A program made the position numbers and the translations under genes. Under the pieces are notes generated by a model, which saw nothing but the letters and a program-made list of their open reading frames with translations, ran no database searches and was not told where the DNA came from. Below are positions 23,611 through 42,877 of a stretch of DNA of 64,000 bases, piece by piece. Each line of letters begins with the position of its first letter. Within the stretch, counting starts at the first letter, position 1. Source of the DNA: the human T2T-CHM13v2.0 reference genome, Homo sapiens; the NCBI RefSeq assembly GCF_009914755.1, contig NC_060927.1. One strand, written 5' to 3'.

Positions 23611-26600
23611 TAGAATTAGTCTTCCTTTTCATTTAACTGTTCATTCCTTCATTTATCACACATTTACTGAGCACCCATAAATGTGTGATTTCCCCACATA
23701 TATATACAGAATATACAGAATATTTCTCTTCGCAATAAGGAACTCTGAGTATATATACTATTTTTCAAAAGGTAGCTCAGGTATTATCTATAATACAATC
23801 CCCAGGAGTGCTTCAAAGATGCAGATTCCTGGGGCCCACCCCACAGCTCCTGAGCTAAAAATCTCTCAGGATAAGGCCCAAGAGATTGCACTCCATTTTT
23901 CTTCATGTTAAAATTTAAAAAGTCTGAACTATTAAAAATGCAACATATTTATGACATACCATATAGGCCATTTTAATAAGACAATATAAACAATGATATG
24001 GAATATTTGAAAATTTTAAAATAAACTAAATGCACAAAGAATATTTAATTGACTTTTATTCTACCAAGTTTCACAGATGTTAAATTATTTAACACACACA
24101 ACAACCCTCTTGAGTAAATAAATATTGCTCATATTGCTCATATTAATACCAGTTCAGATAAGCAGCACTGATATCCAAGTTAGCTGAAGACCTACCACTT
24201 ACAGGGGCTGAGGAACTTGCGCAGGTTCACATGGTTGGGATGTGGCAGAATCAGGACCCAAAGCCCACAGAAACTGCAGTATCCACACTTCCCAACATAA
24301 TGGGAAACCTGCCAAATTTCTCTGTCCCTTTCATCTCTTCCAGATCCCGCTGTCCACAGTTATCCTATCTCCTCTTGTTCTCAGCAGGTACCCACCCAGA
24401 GACCCCTCCCCAGCCCTGTGCCAGCAGCCCAAGGTGGCCAGCCTCGAGTCGGGCTCTTTATTTGAATCCTAGTTAGATTTCCAATTCATTTGTTAGAAGT
24501 GGAGATAAATTAATATTTCTAAATGTTCACAAAAGGAGAAATTGCTACAATTTACAAACTATACCTGACTCTGTTCTAAAAAGGATATAACCTAAGGAAA
24601 GGCTCAGTTCTGAATGTCTGAAGGCACATGTGTGTATGAGAGAGCATCCAAAACTGTTCCTCTAATGCATTCCCCAGGTGATCCTAACACTCAGAGAGTT
24701 TGAGGCTCACTTTTTCAGGAGGTAAGAGAAACCATATAAATTACAACATATCCAGCCAAATATTCAAATAGATAAAGTGCTATTTAAATTCAATTTAGCA
24801 TTAAAGCTTAATCCTTCCACTATGTGAAATTTCTTTGGCTACCCCACAATGCAACGATCTCTTAAAATATTCATAAAACGTAATTGTTCACTAATTGTTT
24901 CTGAGAATAGGGTTTTCCTTTTCCATCTAGATGTAATCCCTTAGAGTACCATGGCTTCGTATTTCCTGGTGTGTCTCTGGGGTCTACCAAAGGCTCAGTC
25001 AGCCAGGATTGTGGCCTGACTATTGAATGGCATGGGTCGGGGAAGCAACACAGAATCTATGAAAAAAAAAAATCAATTTTTCTCAACACTAAGATAAACA
25101 GTGGGCTGATGTCTATCTAAACATGAGTCCCAGGTGGACCCTGGCCCTCTTCCCTTAAATGTATTAGTCCAATCCTAGTATTTAAAAAGTCCTTTTATTA
25201 ACGTGGATTTTCCCCCTTTTGAGAGTTTGTCACAGCAAAAAATAGCAGAACAGATCACCAATTTCTTCAGTGATAGAAGATTTATTACTGGCATATCGAT
25301 CCTGTTCTCATCTGCCATGATGAAGATCCCAGCTGCTCAGAACTCCCCCTCTGACAAAATTCTCCATCACTGTCACATGTGGCCCAACAATGAACCTTCC
25401 TAGACTGCTTGAGAAGCAGAGGAGACTTGCTCCCTACGGAACACGTGGATTTTGTGTCTGCCCCAGACAGTTGTTTTGTGGGGTCAGTTTTGGAGAATTG
25501 GCTCTGGTTGCTCAAATGGTTCCAGAACCATAGAATACAAATACCAGTGACGCTGGAAGAGGATATGTAAGGTATTATTTTAGAATAATTCAATATTTTA
25601 CTATGTTTTAGTTTTTTACCTATTGCACAACCCGAATCACTAAATCACCTCTCAAACAGTTTTAAGACAACAACTTCTGCTGTCACCAACCGAGCTTCCC
25701 AGCCCCGCCTGGTACACCATGTATAAGATTTGAGTGTGCAAATGCAATGCAAACTAAACAATTATGGGTGTGGTACTCATGCAATAAAGAACCCAACCAA
25801 GTCACCCATTTCCATTTTATGAAGTGCCTACAGCTACAGTTCTTGGAACTGATGAAATGTTCAGAGACTAATATACTTTTTGTCATAGTAATGAGGTGAA
25901 AAAAAGAAAATAGAAAGTGATACAAAATGCCAGGTTTTATTACAAATTTCTTTCTGGCAGTTTGGTTAGATTTAGAAACATTTCATTAAGAGATATGCAG
26001 CCAGAGTCCATGATGTGTAAAAGGATGAATAATTTTCCAAAGCAAATACAGGTTCTTTCCCTTTCTTGTCTACTCTGGCACCCAAGTACTAACACTTTGT
26101 CTCCTGTGGCTGGTGGATCCAATTGGAATGACAAAATAAGAAAATTATTCCATTTGGAATTTCGTTTTTGGTATTGATCAGTAGAACCAAATACTGAGTA
26201 GCATTAGGAGTAATTTTTTAGATGGTTAAAATAAATGGTAACTTGGGGTAAACAACTTAGGAGAAGACATGATGCATGAGGCATGTCGGCCAAAGTTACA
26301 AAAGAAAATTGACTTGGCCCTTGTTTAGGCCTCTAGACATGATCCGAAGGTAGAGGTTTTGCTAGAAATGAAATAATACTAAAAAACGTAGTCCTTTAGG
26401 GCAAACTTTGGGTTTGATCGACAAATGTTTATTTCAGTTTTACAAGCACTGCCCAGATGCCTGTGTTGCTATATTGGGTAAAACCTTGCTTGAAACTATC
26501 AGGCAGGCATATATGTCTTCTTGAAGTCCCTTCCAGGCTAGTGAGAGCTCCAGCTGATACAAGCAAGCCACAGGAAAAGGACTTAGGAATGACTCTTGAT

Positions 26601-27334
26601 CTTTCAATGCAGCAAGGAGAATTGAACAAACTACTTCTTTCAGGCTTGTAAAGAAAAATGTCCTCACTTTATCTTTGACCTTCTGATATTTCTCAGTTTT
26701 ACCATATTTCTTTATTTGTTGTTTATACTCATGAGATTTCAAGCAATTTGTGAATAGCCGTCAAATGAGAGGAGCTGAAATCTTGGAAATTACCATCTAG
26801 GGGCTAAAATACAAGAATGGTATTTCTGAACAAAATGCAAAACTTACATACAGAAGGAATATTACTTTTTATGAATCAAGGCATCAAGCAAGTCAGGATT
26901 AAGTGGAAGGAAATGTCTTTGAAATAACAGTATTTGTGATTTATTCTCATCTGTTATATTTCAAGCTAATTATCTTTTAGGTAAAAAACTAAAAAGATTT
27001 TAATCTGTTTTTTGAAGTTCATCCCCATCAAATTAGGCAGAATATATATACGGAGCTTCTTGCTGTCAGGAGTAGGCTCCAGCAGTTATTTAAAAATTAA
27101 TAGCAACTGCCTTTGTAATATTTCACTTTTTGACAGACGTCACCATTTACTGACTCCTGAGAAGCTTATAATTGTTCTAATTCTCTAAGGAAACAGCTTT
27201 ATGTGCCAGCAAACTATTTGCCTCAATTTAAGATCAAAAAGGAAAATTGAGACTTTATCTTAACAGGGTCATTTTTAGGTACAATATGTAATGTATGCAA
27301 AATGTCTTACATACATGGGTAATTATTAAGGCAT

Positions 27335-27830
27335 TAAATGGTAGCAATTAAAAGTTGAGCTCTGGAATAAGTTAGACTTATTCTATTTACTATTAAACTT
27401 ATTCTATTTACTAAATAGTCTATTTACTATTTGAGCAAGTTTTGTATCCCTTACAGCCTCAGTTTTCTGATCAGTAACACGGGAATAATGACACTGATCT
27501 TATGAAGTTGTAGGTAATAAAAAGTGCCTAGAACACAAATAAGTAAACTTTTATTACTATTGTTCTCCTATTTCAAGAATATTTTACTTCTCATAAAGAA
27601 AAGGGGACAAAGTTACTGAGCACCTAAGTATCAAACTACATGATATGTATTATATATCTATTCCATTCATGCCTTTATAATAGGGGTTGTGGTCCTCTTT
27701 GCACACGGGAACTATGAAAAGCAGAGGTTAGATAAATATCATGGTCTCACAGCTACTCTCTAGTCAAGTCAGGATTTGAACTAAAGTTTGGACCCCACAA
27801 CCCTAGGATCTTATTCACTATTGTGCACTG
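27335..27830. mobile_element. Two tail-to-tail MIR elements
   Basis: agcctcagttttctgatcagtaacacgggaataat (+) and ttactgagcaccta..gtcaggatttgaact (-). Confidence 0.65.
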
Positions 27831-28319
27831 ATATGTGTTCAGTGGCACTCTGGAAAGGGAACAGTGACAGGGACTGAGGAAATCAGGGCCCGGAGAGGCT
27901 ACATAACTTTCACAGGACCAACCAGTGACAACACGAAGACTGATTCCAGCCTTCTGACTCTTGCCGGGGCCTGCTTCCTCTGTATTCAAAGCTAGCAATA
28001 ACAGGCCAAGTCCATCTTGCACTCCAAATCTCCTGCCTCTTCTTCCATGGTATGATTCAACTAGATCATTTCCCTCCCTTACCAACCCCCCTCCCTGCAA
28101 AGATGGCTATTCTAAATTTGGAACACCAAACCTATCTTATATGAATTATCAAATATTTAGCTCTTCTAAATGACTTTTTCTATTTTATTGAGGCTCTTTT
28201 ATTGACGTGCTACATAGCAGGTTCAATTATTATATAATTGAAGAAACCTATTCCAGTAATATTAACATTGTACTATTTAATAATTAGCATTTTACTATAG
28301 ATTCACACAACGAATGCTG

Positions 28320-28820
28320 GATCTACATGACCTCTTCCTGTACCTGTCAGACATCACGTCTTACTTTTTACCCCCTCACATGTTCATTCCACTCCAGTCA
28401 GGCTGGCTCCTTGCTCTTACCTGTATTCCTTCTAATTCTTATCCATGTCTTAGAGCTTTGGCACTAACTTCGACCTGAGATGTTTCTCCCCCAGATAGCC
28501 TTATAGGATTCCTGTTGGACCTCTGGGCTTTTGCTTAAATGTCACCTCCTCATCAGTAAGGGCACACCTAACCCCGCTTTTTAAAATTGACTGCTACTAA
28601 ACTTTTGATCTTCCTTCTCTTGCTTTTAGGCCTCTTTAACCACCTTCTAAAATATGTAATTAGGCTTATAGCTTATGGCCTATCTTGCCTGGCTAGAATG
28701 TAATCTCAATAAGGGCCAGAAAGAAGTTACAAGGACAAGAATCTTTGCATTTTATTCTTTAGTGAAACCAAGCCCTTAGAAGGGTGGCTAGACTACTTAT
28801 TTGGCAAATGAGTGAATGAC
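28320..28820 (+). mobile_element. L2 3' fragment
   Basis: cactccagtcaggctggctccttgctc..gcttaaatgtcacctcctca..ctagaatgtaa..aaatgagtgaatga. Confidence 0.75.
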
Positions 28821-29531
28821 TTCTAGTTAAAATTCATGCTTTTCTGATTTTGTTGGAGATTAACTATTCAGACAATGACCAACTTTTTCATCCGGGGGGA
28901 CCAGATAGATTTCCCTTGATTCATGACTTCTTTACATTCTTCAGTGAGACTCAATAGTTACTTCTTTATATATCCCACTCTAATGATGCCATCAACTCCT
29001 ATCCCTAACAGTGGCTCACAACAGCCATGTTTCCCTTCAGCAGGGCCTAATCACTTAGCAGGATGTGTCACTGTTCCGGAGAATAATATTATTTGGGAGT
29101 CTTCTTCAGTTTTAATAAAGAACACTATTGATCTTTCTGTATATTTATCTTTTATCTAACCACACAATGCAAATCTGCATCTGTTCTAATAATTTTTAAG
29201 TTGATTTTCTTGCATTTTAGGATAGAAAAAAATTTATTGTATAGAAGTTATCTTTTCTGCTAGACTGTCATTTATTTTTTGTGTTGTTGCATTGACTAAG
29301 ACATCTAGTGCAACATTGAATAATAGCAATAAAATACTAGGCATCAGTAACTTTTTTCCTGACTGTAAAAGCTGCATTTCTCATGTTTCCTTATAAAAGA
29401 TTATCTATGCTCATAAGATTGATTTTATTCATTGTTTTACTGAGAATTCTATTTAAAGTACTATATGTGGAATTCAATCAAATCCCTTTCTAGCCTCTAG
29501 ATATATAAAATCTTTTTTTTCTTCCTTTTCC

Positions 29532-29722
29532 CAGAGGTTAGCAAAACCCACTCTTGTTTTAATAATGTTATACTGAAACACAGCCTCACCCATTTATTTA
29601 CATATTACCTAACACTACTTTGGGGCCACAATGAAAGAAGTGAGTACTTACAACAGAGATTGCTTTTGCACAGGGCCTAACATATTCATTGGCCTTTTAC
29701 AGAAAAAAGTTTTTTGACCCTT
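29532..29722. mobile_element. MER58A-like hAT MITE
   Basis: cagaggttagcaaa..gaaacacagcc..catttatttacatatt..ggccttttacagaaaaaagttt. Confidence 0.7.
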
Positions 29723-29976
29723 CTTTTAGCCTATTTATATACATATGAGATTAATAAAACTACAAGTGTTCAACTATTCTGATCCTGCTTTAGTGTAAAA
29801 CTACAATGTTAATTGTAGCAAAAGTTAATTCTTTGAATACTTTGCTGAATTCATTCAATATTTTCTTTTGGATTTTTAAACTGTTAGGAGACTGGTCCGT
29901 AATTTTTCAGTACTATTTATAGGTTTTGGAATTAGTTTTGTTACTTTGATAAAAATAAATTGGGAAGGTTTCCATC

Positions 29977-30346
29977 TGTAATTGGTTAGCTCAGGTTGCC
30001 ATAACAAACTGCCACAGACTGGGTGGCTTAAACAACAAATTTATTTCTCACACATCTGGAGGCTGGGAAGTCCAAGGTCTAGGTGCAGGCTGATTCCGTT
30101 TCTGGAGAAGGCTTTCTTCCCAGCTTGTAGATGGCTGCTTCCTTATTGTATCTTCATGTGGCAGCAAGAAAAAGACAGCCCTCTGTCTCTTATTTAAAGT
30201 CACTAATCCTACTGGATTCGGGCCATACCCTTAGGACTTCATTTAATCTTAATTACCTCTGAAAGATCCTGTCTCCAAATACACTCACACTGAAGATTAG
30301 GACTTCAACATATGAAGTGGGAGAAAAACAAAATTACTGGATAGCA
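29977..30346 (-). mobile_element. MaLR solo LTR (MLT1A/B-like)
   Basis: gccataacaaactgccacagactgggtggcttaaacaaca..ggacttcaacatatgaa; TSD ccatc/tcatc. Confidence 0.85.
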
Positions 30347-31764
30347 TCATCCTCACACATGCTCTAAAACATATTAGTTTTGTAGGCTCAGCAACATAAT
30401 ATTTTTCTCCTGCTCCTTTGTAGGGCATAGATCTGTTCTACCATTTTCAACTTACTTTGTGAATATGCTGATCATGAATCTATTTTAAATATTTATCTCA
30501 ATCATTTCTTTAATTTAGATTTTTAAATAGACATGAGCTTTATACAGCATTTTTTATAGTTTAAAAATCTTTTCCAGATATACCAATAAGTTCCTTCTCA
30601 TTCCAAAGTTGTCTTGTCTTTTTTGTAATTCAAACTAGCAAAAATCTATTTTTTTGTCCTTTTACATATATCCAGCTCTCACAGTTTTCTCTCAAATCTC
30701 CATTTTTTATTTTCAATTAATTTTTTAATCTTAATTCTTTCAAACTCCTTGTCAGTTGTTTTATTCTTTTTATATTACTGAACGGAATGTTTATTTGTTG
30801 CTATTTTTTTCCTTTTCAGTGGAACTGTTGAAGACCAGGATTTTTTTTTCTTTCGAAGATTTCTATTCCTGCATACTATACACTTTAAGTACAAGTCTCA
30901 TTAACAATACTTTCCAAAGGTCTGTGATTTCACTGTTGAAATGGCTGTACTTCTCATGTTACCTGTAAATGATGACTCTTTGACCTAAGGTTCATTAGAA
31001 GGTTTCAAGATTCATTAGAAGATTTCGTTTCCAATAGGTTAAACTTTTACTATGTTACCCTTAAATGTGTCTTGTACTGCTTCTGCTTCAGGGACTTTTA
31101 GGAAATTTTCTATTGTCTCTTTGAGTATAGTACCCCTATTTTTCTCTGTGCAGACTCAAGGGGCAGGTCTCTACAGACCACCAAGACAGTGACTCTTCTC
31201 ATTCTCCATCCAAATGCTTTCTTGCAGTGATGGTTGTTTGTAGGAATATAACAGAATGTCTTTACGGCTACTTAACATTTTATCTCCGGATGTAATTGAG
31301 CCAGTGCGGGGGAAACATATGTGAAATAACCAGCAATACTCAGTTACACAGACTTAATATAACCTCTCTGTAAACTCAAGTTCTTTGTATGCAGCCCAAA
31401 GACCTCCCCAACTTATCTCAATGTGTGGGTTACTCAACCTCTAATTACTGGCAATAAGAATTTGATTCGCGCTGGTTTTGATTTCTTTTCTACATAACTT
31501 GCTGTGAATTTTCTTAAAATGTTATCATTATCACAAAGCATGGGCCATTTCACGGGCAACTGAGAATGGAATATATACACTTGTCAGTGTTTGGTGAAAC
31601 TCTCTACTTGGTCAAATATCAGCTGTGCTCCTGTCTTCTGCTGCTTTCCCACCATTGAAAATATTTGGCAATTTTCTTGGCATCATCTCACTATTTTCTC
31701 ACTTTTCCTATAAGGTCTTATATTTTTTCAAAAAGAAATTTACCACTTATTTTAGAATGTTATT

Positions 31765-31968
31765 TTTTTCCACATTTATTGAGGTATAATTGACAAATAA
31801 AAATAGTGTGTATTTAAGGTTTGCAACATAATATTTTGATATACATATACCTTGATAAATGATTAACAAAATTAAGCTATCAAAATATTAATCACCTCAC
31901 AATCATCTCTTTTTTGGCAGTAAGAATACTTAAAAATTATTCTCAGCAAATTACAAAGATTGAATACA
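31765..31968 (-). mobile_element. L1MA 3' end (host of the L1PA; resumes at ~36335)
   Basis: tttattgaggtataattgacaaataaaaat..ttttgatatacatatac; resumes as tattaactattgtca. Confidence 0.75.
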
Positions 31969-36320
<4,352 letters not shown>

Positions 36321-37760
36321 CACAGATTTAATAAGTTTTTATTAACTATTGTCATTCACACCGTACATCAGGTCTCCAAAAAGGATTTATGGCTTTTTTC
36401 CCCTGGCTAGGACCTCCAGTACCATTTTTAATACTGGACATCCTTCTGTGAGCATTTAGTTTTTTATCTTTATTATGTTTGTGCTAGTATTTTTAAATTT
36501 ATTTTTGTCATGTAAAATACATATTTAATATAAAAGTTACCTCTAACTATGTGTACAGACCAGTGGCATTAGATATAGTCACAATATTGTATAACCATTA
36601 CCACTATCTCTATCCAGAACTTTTTTACTATCCCAAACATAAACTCTGTACCCATCAAATAATAATTCCCCATCTGTCCCTCCCCCCAGACCCTGGTAAA
36701 CTCTAACTTTTGTGTCTTTGGATTTGCCTGTTGTAAGTGTCTCAAATAAGTGGAATCATACAATATTTGTCCTTTTGTGTTTAGCTTATTTCACTGAACA
36801 TGATAATTTCAAGGTTCATTCATGTAGTAGCACATACCAGAATTTGTTTTCTTGTTATGGCTGAATACTGTTCCATTGTATAGATATACCACATTTTGTT
36901 TATCCATTCATCTGTTGATGGACATTTGAGTTGGTACCACCTTTTGGCTATTGTGAATAATCCTGCTATGAACATTTATGTACAAATATCTGTTCGAGTT
37001 CCTGCTTTCATTTCTTTTGTGTATATACCTGGAGTAGAATTGCTGGATCATATGGTAATTGTATGGGAATAGAATGGTAATTCTTTATTTAAGGTTTTGT
37101 GGAAACCAAACTGCCACTAAGCAGTGGCACCATTTTACACTCTCAACAGCAATGCTCATGGGTTCCAGTTTCCCTATATCTCACCAATACTCATTTTCCA
37201 GTTTTTTATAATAGCCTTCATAATGAGCGTGAAGTGATATGTCACTGTGATTTTGATTTTGACATTCCCTAATGATCAGTAATGTTGAACATATTATGTC
37301 TTATTAGTTATTTGTATAGATTATTTGGAGAGGTACCTATTGAAGTCTTCTGCTCATTTTTTTAATTGTGTGGTTTTTGAGTCATAGAATAGTCTGGATA
37401 TTAATCACTTACCAGGTAATATTTCCAAGTATTTTCTCCCATTCTTTGAATTCCCTTTTCACATTCTTGTTGGTGTTCTTTGATGCACAGAAGCATTACA
37501 TTTTGATGAAGTCCTATTTATTTATTTGCTTTTTTGTTGCTATTTATCTATTTGTGCTTTTGGTGTCACGTTTTTAAAAATCAGTGCCGAATCTAATGTG
37601 ATGAAGATTTTCTGCTGTGTATTCTTCTAAGAGTTTTATAGTTGTAGCTATTTGATTCCTTTTGAGTTCATTTTTGTATATGGCATAAAAGTCCAACTTC
37701 ATTATTTTGCAAGCAGATATCCAGTTTTCCCAGTATTGTTTGTTGAAAAGACAAGTCCTG

Positions 37761-38006
<246 letters not shown>

Positions 38007-38881
38007 TCAATGAGCCATAATTATGAGGGTTTATTGCTGGGCTGTTTTTTCCCTTTAGTCTGTGCCTTATGCCAATACCACACTGTTTTGGTTAGTATAC
38101 TTTTGTGGTATAGTTTAATATCAGGGAGTATGATGTCTCCAACTCTGTTCTTTTTCAAGATTGTTTTGGTCATTGGGAGTTTCTAGAGATTACATATGAA
38201 TTTTAGGATGCATTGTTTTTTTCTTTTCTGTAAAAAACTCCATTGTGATTTTGATAAGACTTGCATCGAATTGGTAGATTTCTTTGGGTAATATTGTCAT
38301 CTTAACAATATTCTTCCAAATCATAAACATAGAATGTCTTTCCACCTGATTATGTCATCTTTAGTTTTTCTAGCAGTTTATAATTGTCAGTGTACAGGTC
38401 TTTTGTCTCCACAGTTAACTTATTCCTAAGTATTTTATTCTTTTTGATGCTACTGTAAAAAAATTGTTTTCTTAGTTTCTTATTTGGATTGTTCATTGCT
38501 AGTGTATAGAAATGCAACTTATTTGTGTGAATTGATTTTGTACCCTGCAACGTTGCTGAATTCATTTAATGGTTCTAAAAGTTTTTTGTGGAATCCTTAG
38601 GGTTTCCTATGGATAAAATCATGTCATCTGAAAGCAGAGATAATTTTACTATTTCCTTTTCAATATGTATGCCCTTTTATCTAATTGCTCTGACTAAACT
38701 TCTTGTACTATATTGAATAGAAGTGGTGAAAGTGACCCTTCTCTTCCTCCTTATCTTAGAGGAAAAATTTTCATGCTTTCAACATGGAGTATAATGTTAG
38801 GTGTGATTTTTTCATATATAGCCCTTATCATATTGAGGAAGTTCCCTTCTATTTCTAGTGTATTGAGTATTTTTATCATGA

Positions 38882-39236
<355 letters not shown>

Positions 39237-39770
39237 TGTTATTTTTTTCTTCCTTCTGTTCATGTGACGTATTACATTTATCACTTTTTGTATGCTGAAT
39301 TGTCCATGTATCCCAGAAATGAATCTCACTCTTGACATCCTGCTGAATTCAGGTTGCTAGTATTTTTGAGGATTTTTACATTAAGAGATATTAAGGGATA
39401 TTAGTCTGTAGAGTTTTTTTCTTCTTGTAGTATTTTTGTGCCGTATTGATATCAGGGTATTTCTGGCCTCACAAAAAGTACTGGAAAGTGTTTCCTCCTC
39501 TTCCACTTTTTGTGGGGGAGAATTTAAGAAAGATTGGCATTAGTTCTTTGTTAATTGTTGGTAGAAGTCAACAGTGAAGCCATCCAGTCTTGGGTTTTTC
39601 TTTGCTGAGAAGATTTTTATTCAGTTATTTTAAAGGTTACATATCTATTCAGATTTTCTATTTTTTTATTAGTCAGTTTTGGTAGTTTGTGTCTTTCTAG
39701 GAATATGCTCGTCTCATCTAGATTATTTAGTTTTTTGGTGTAAAATTGTTCATTGTATTCTCTTTTCATC

Positions 39771-39930
39771 CTTTTTTTAAAAAAAGAGTCTCACTCTGTC
39801 ACTGCAGGTGGAGTGCAGTGGTGCAACCAGAGCTCACTGTAGCATCAAACTCCTGGGCTCGAGCATCCACCCACCTCAGACTTTCAAGTAGCTGGGACTA
39901 TTGGCACATGACACCATGCCAAGCTAATTA
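39771..39930 (-). mobile_element. Alu right monomer (FRAM or truncated AluJ)
   Basis: agagtctcactctgtc..aactcctgggctcgagc..gtagctgggacta..gctaatt. Confidence 0.85.
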
Positions 39931-40004
39931 AAAAAAAAAAATTAAAGGGCTTAAGTGATATCAGGTCTTAGTGCATTGATAATAATTATAATGATGGTAA
40001 ATAT

Positions 40005-40200
40005 TCATAGCTAACATTTAGTGGGTGCACCCCGTATTCTAGGCATATATACATAACTTCAATTCATCTTCAGAACAACTCTTTGATGATAGATACCATT
40101 AATGTTCCCTTTTGCAGAAGAGAATTATGGAACTTGCCCAAGATCATTCAGTTAGGAAGTCATTGAGCTGCTAGGCTCTGAAGTTCATGTTGTGAATAAT
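40005..40200 (-). mobile_element. MIR SINE
   Basis: atagctaacatttagtgggtgc..aacttgcccaagatca. Confidence 0.65.
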
Positions 40201-42494
40201 GATGCTACTCACCCTATAGAGAAAAATATTAGAATAAAACCAATTTATTGGGATGAGAAATAACTGAGGTATTTAAAGAACACTGAGAAATTAAAGTCTA
40301 ATGTGGGAGGAGGCCATGGAAATAAGTGGAGGAATTTGTGTATTTTTCTAGTCATGTCCTCAGTTCTGGGAGAAGGAGGGAAGCTATAAATTTGCTGGAT
40401 GAAAGAAACACTCCCATTGTCCTGTATGGATCAGTTGTGGGAAAGACTTGACTGACAGTTAGGAGATGAGTAAACAGCTGGGGACAAATGGGCTGGTGCA
40501 GCCACAGAGTCTACTGTTTGGGGCACATTATTGTTTCTGAATACCTCTTTGTTCCAGATGTGATCCACTTGTCACGAATACATGGCCGCTCACCCTTTCT
40601 CTTCCAAAAGCCTTGAAAAATATATTAGTCTGTTCCTGTACCATCACTGTGACTCATTAAATACCTCTTACTGGAGACATATGTATGCCTTCATTTCCCT
40701 CGGTGCAAGAAACATGCAGAAAAAGCAAAGTCATTCACACCTTCCCTGGAAGTCAGAGTTGTTAGTAGATATTGTTTGTCAAGATTTTCTTCATTGCTGC
40801 TAATGCACACATCATCACAGTTTGAATTACTCCGTGAACCTTTCTGATGTCTAGAAGTCAGCCACTCTTACTGTTAGGAGAGTTTACTCTGTCAACAGGA
40901 CAGCTACATTACCAAGTCTAATTACACACTTTTTTAAAAAAGGAAAAATGTCCACATATCAAGTGGAAGTAGAAGTCAGGTATAACAGGGTAGACAGGCT
41001 TTTTAATTAAATAATGTCAGTTACCTCTTGCCATCAGCTCATAGTTTAATTCAAGCACTCTTGTTATAAGAACACTGGGTCAAGAATCCATCCTCTGGAG
41101 TGCTAGGGAATACAATCATTCCTGTCCAGCTCCAGCCAGATTCTGTTTGGAGGCCATTCCCATTGCTTTAATTAGGGGAAAAAAATTAATGTTGTAAATT
41201 CATAGCATGTCACTCCTCATGTCTGTACAATCCATCACACTCTGAGCATGTGTATGGCAGCTCTTTTTAATAAAGGATTTTGCAGAGTACCTGCTGTGGC
41301 AAAAATACTTTGTCATCTTTGCTAGCTCCAGGAGTCCTAGCATTATGTCATGTTTGACTCCAAAAAATATTATTATAAGCCCTGGAATTAGAAACCCAAC
41401 AATGGAACTAGCTGATTTCAATTGCCCGTGAAGCTATCATATTTTGAGAAATAAAACTTGGTAAGTTTTCATTTTAATCAAAAACTATAACAGGACCAGG
41501 GTTGCTTGTCTGAAATGAATAATTTCCACATTTCTGGATGCTATCAGATAATGGCTCTCTCATCCGTGAATTAATTATAAAACTAGAAATACTCTAAGAA
41601 TATCAAGTTGTATCCCCCATACTTTCTTTTAAAGATTACTTTATGTTTCATCAACTTGGAGCTCAAAAGAGGGAATTGAAGGGCACTCAAGAGCCAATTC
41701 TTAAAACATCTCATAAGCTGTGGCACCTGGGAAGGTCATCAGGGGCTTATGTCCCAGCCATCACCTTAGGATAACTGGCTCATGGAGAAGTTCCAAGCTA
41801 TAGGAATAGAAACAAGAAAAACATTTTCCTAATAATATCATTCAAGGAGCACATGTCAAGCCTCCCCCACTCTTTCCCAGCCAAGGAACAGCCCCCTTTG
41901 TATTTTAGCCCAATTCCATGAGGTTTAGGTGCTTTCTACTTATTCCAATGGTTTCTTTTGGATTTTGAGATTCAATCCTGTTTGCTTTTAAATGTCATTG
42001 TTTTTCCCTCTTTACCATGTTAATGCCCAGTCCTAAATCTCATCACCATTAAGAGGGAATCAACCTCCTCTCCCCTACCTGGGGTGCATGAGGGGAGTAG
42101 TAGCACCACTCACCAGTTTTACGAGTAAGCTTCCTGGAGGACTGTCTCTAGACTCCAGGGAGAGAGAGTACCTCTCACCTCATGCCCCTGAGGGAAATAG
42201 AGATAATAGCTCTTCTTGCACATTTATCTTATTAATAGGGTGGCAAGGTCAAGTTAGAGAGAAGGGACTAGTCCTTCTTCAGTGGTACCTTTAAGCAAGC
42301 ATTGCCAGAAATGGCTGCCATTTTCACTGTGACTAAGCACATAGTGTATTTCCAGTTTCTTCCTTGGCTGTGGGTCTTACCCACGATTCTGGGACAACAA
42401 GGACAGCCTCCTGGCTACTGACCATCCTCCAGGTTCTTCATGTATGCTCTGCTTAGCAAATTAATAATGCTCTGAACTAAGCTTGTCATCTCAA

Positions 42495-42877
42495 TGATAT
42501 GGTTCTTATTTTTGTCCCCACCAAAATCTCATGTTGAATTGTAATCCCCAGCATTGGAAGCGTGGCCTGGTGGGAGGTGATTGGATCATGGAAGTGGATT
42601 TCCCCCTTGCTGTTCTAGTAACAGTGAGTGAGTTCTCACGAGATCTGGTTGTTTAAAAGTGTGTAACACTTCCCCCTTGTCTCTCTCCCTCCTGCTTTGG
42701 CCATGTGAAGACATGCCTGCTTCCCCTTTGTCTTCTGCCATGATTGAAAGTTTCCTGAGGCCTCCCAGCCATGCTACCTGTACAGCCTGCAGAACCATGA
42801 GCCAATTAAACCTCTTTTATTCATCAATTACCCAATCTCAGTATTTCTTTACAGCAGTGTGAGAATAGACTAATATA
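42495..42877 (+). mobile_element. MaLR solo LTR (MSTA-like)
   Basis: tgatatggtt..aatctcatgttgaattgtaatcccca..gagccaattaaacctctttt..gactaatata. Confidence 0.9.

Larger units (their letters stand above)
29140..31130 (-). mobile_element. Highly decayed L1M fragments with nested MER58 and MLT1
   Basis: ttgcattgactaagacatctagtgcaacattgaataatagc..; T-rich antisense L1 ORF2 character. Confidence 0.6.

Noticed and set aside
25390-25570. WFQNHR (homeodomain-like) and FGELAL (cNMP-binding-like) motifs in two + frames
   Set aside because: Short frames closed by stops; surrounding residues do not fit either domain, so likely chance.
26440-26742. 100-aa Lys-rich minus-strand ORF
   Set aside because: Starts at TTG with an in-frame stop shortly upstream; no recognisable family.
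40540-40810. Acceptor-like ctctttgttccag followed by a 73-aa ORF
   Set aside because: No matching donor or protein similarity recognised; the motif alone is insufficient.
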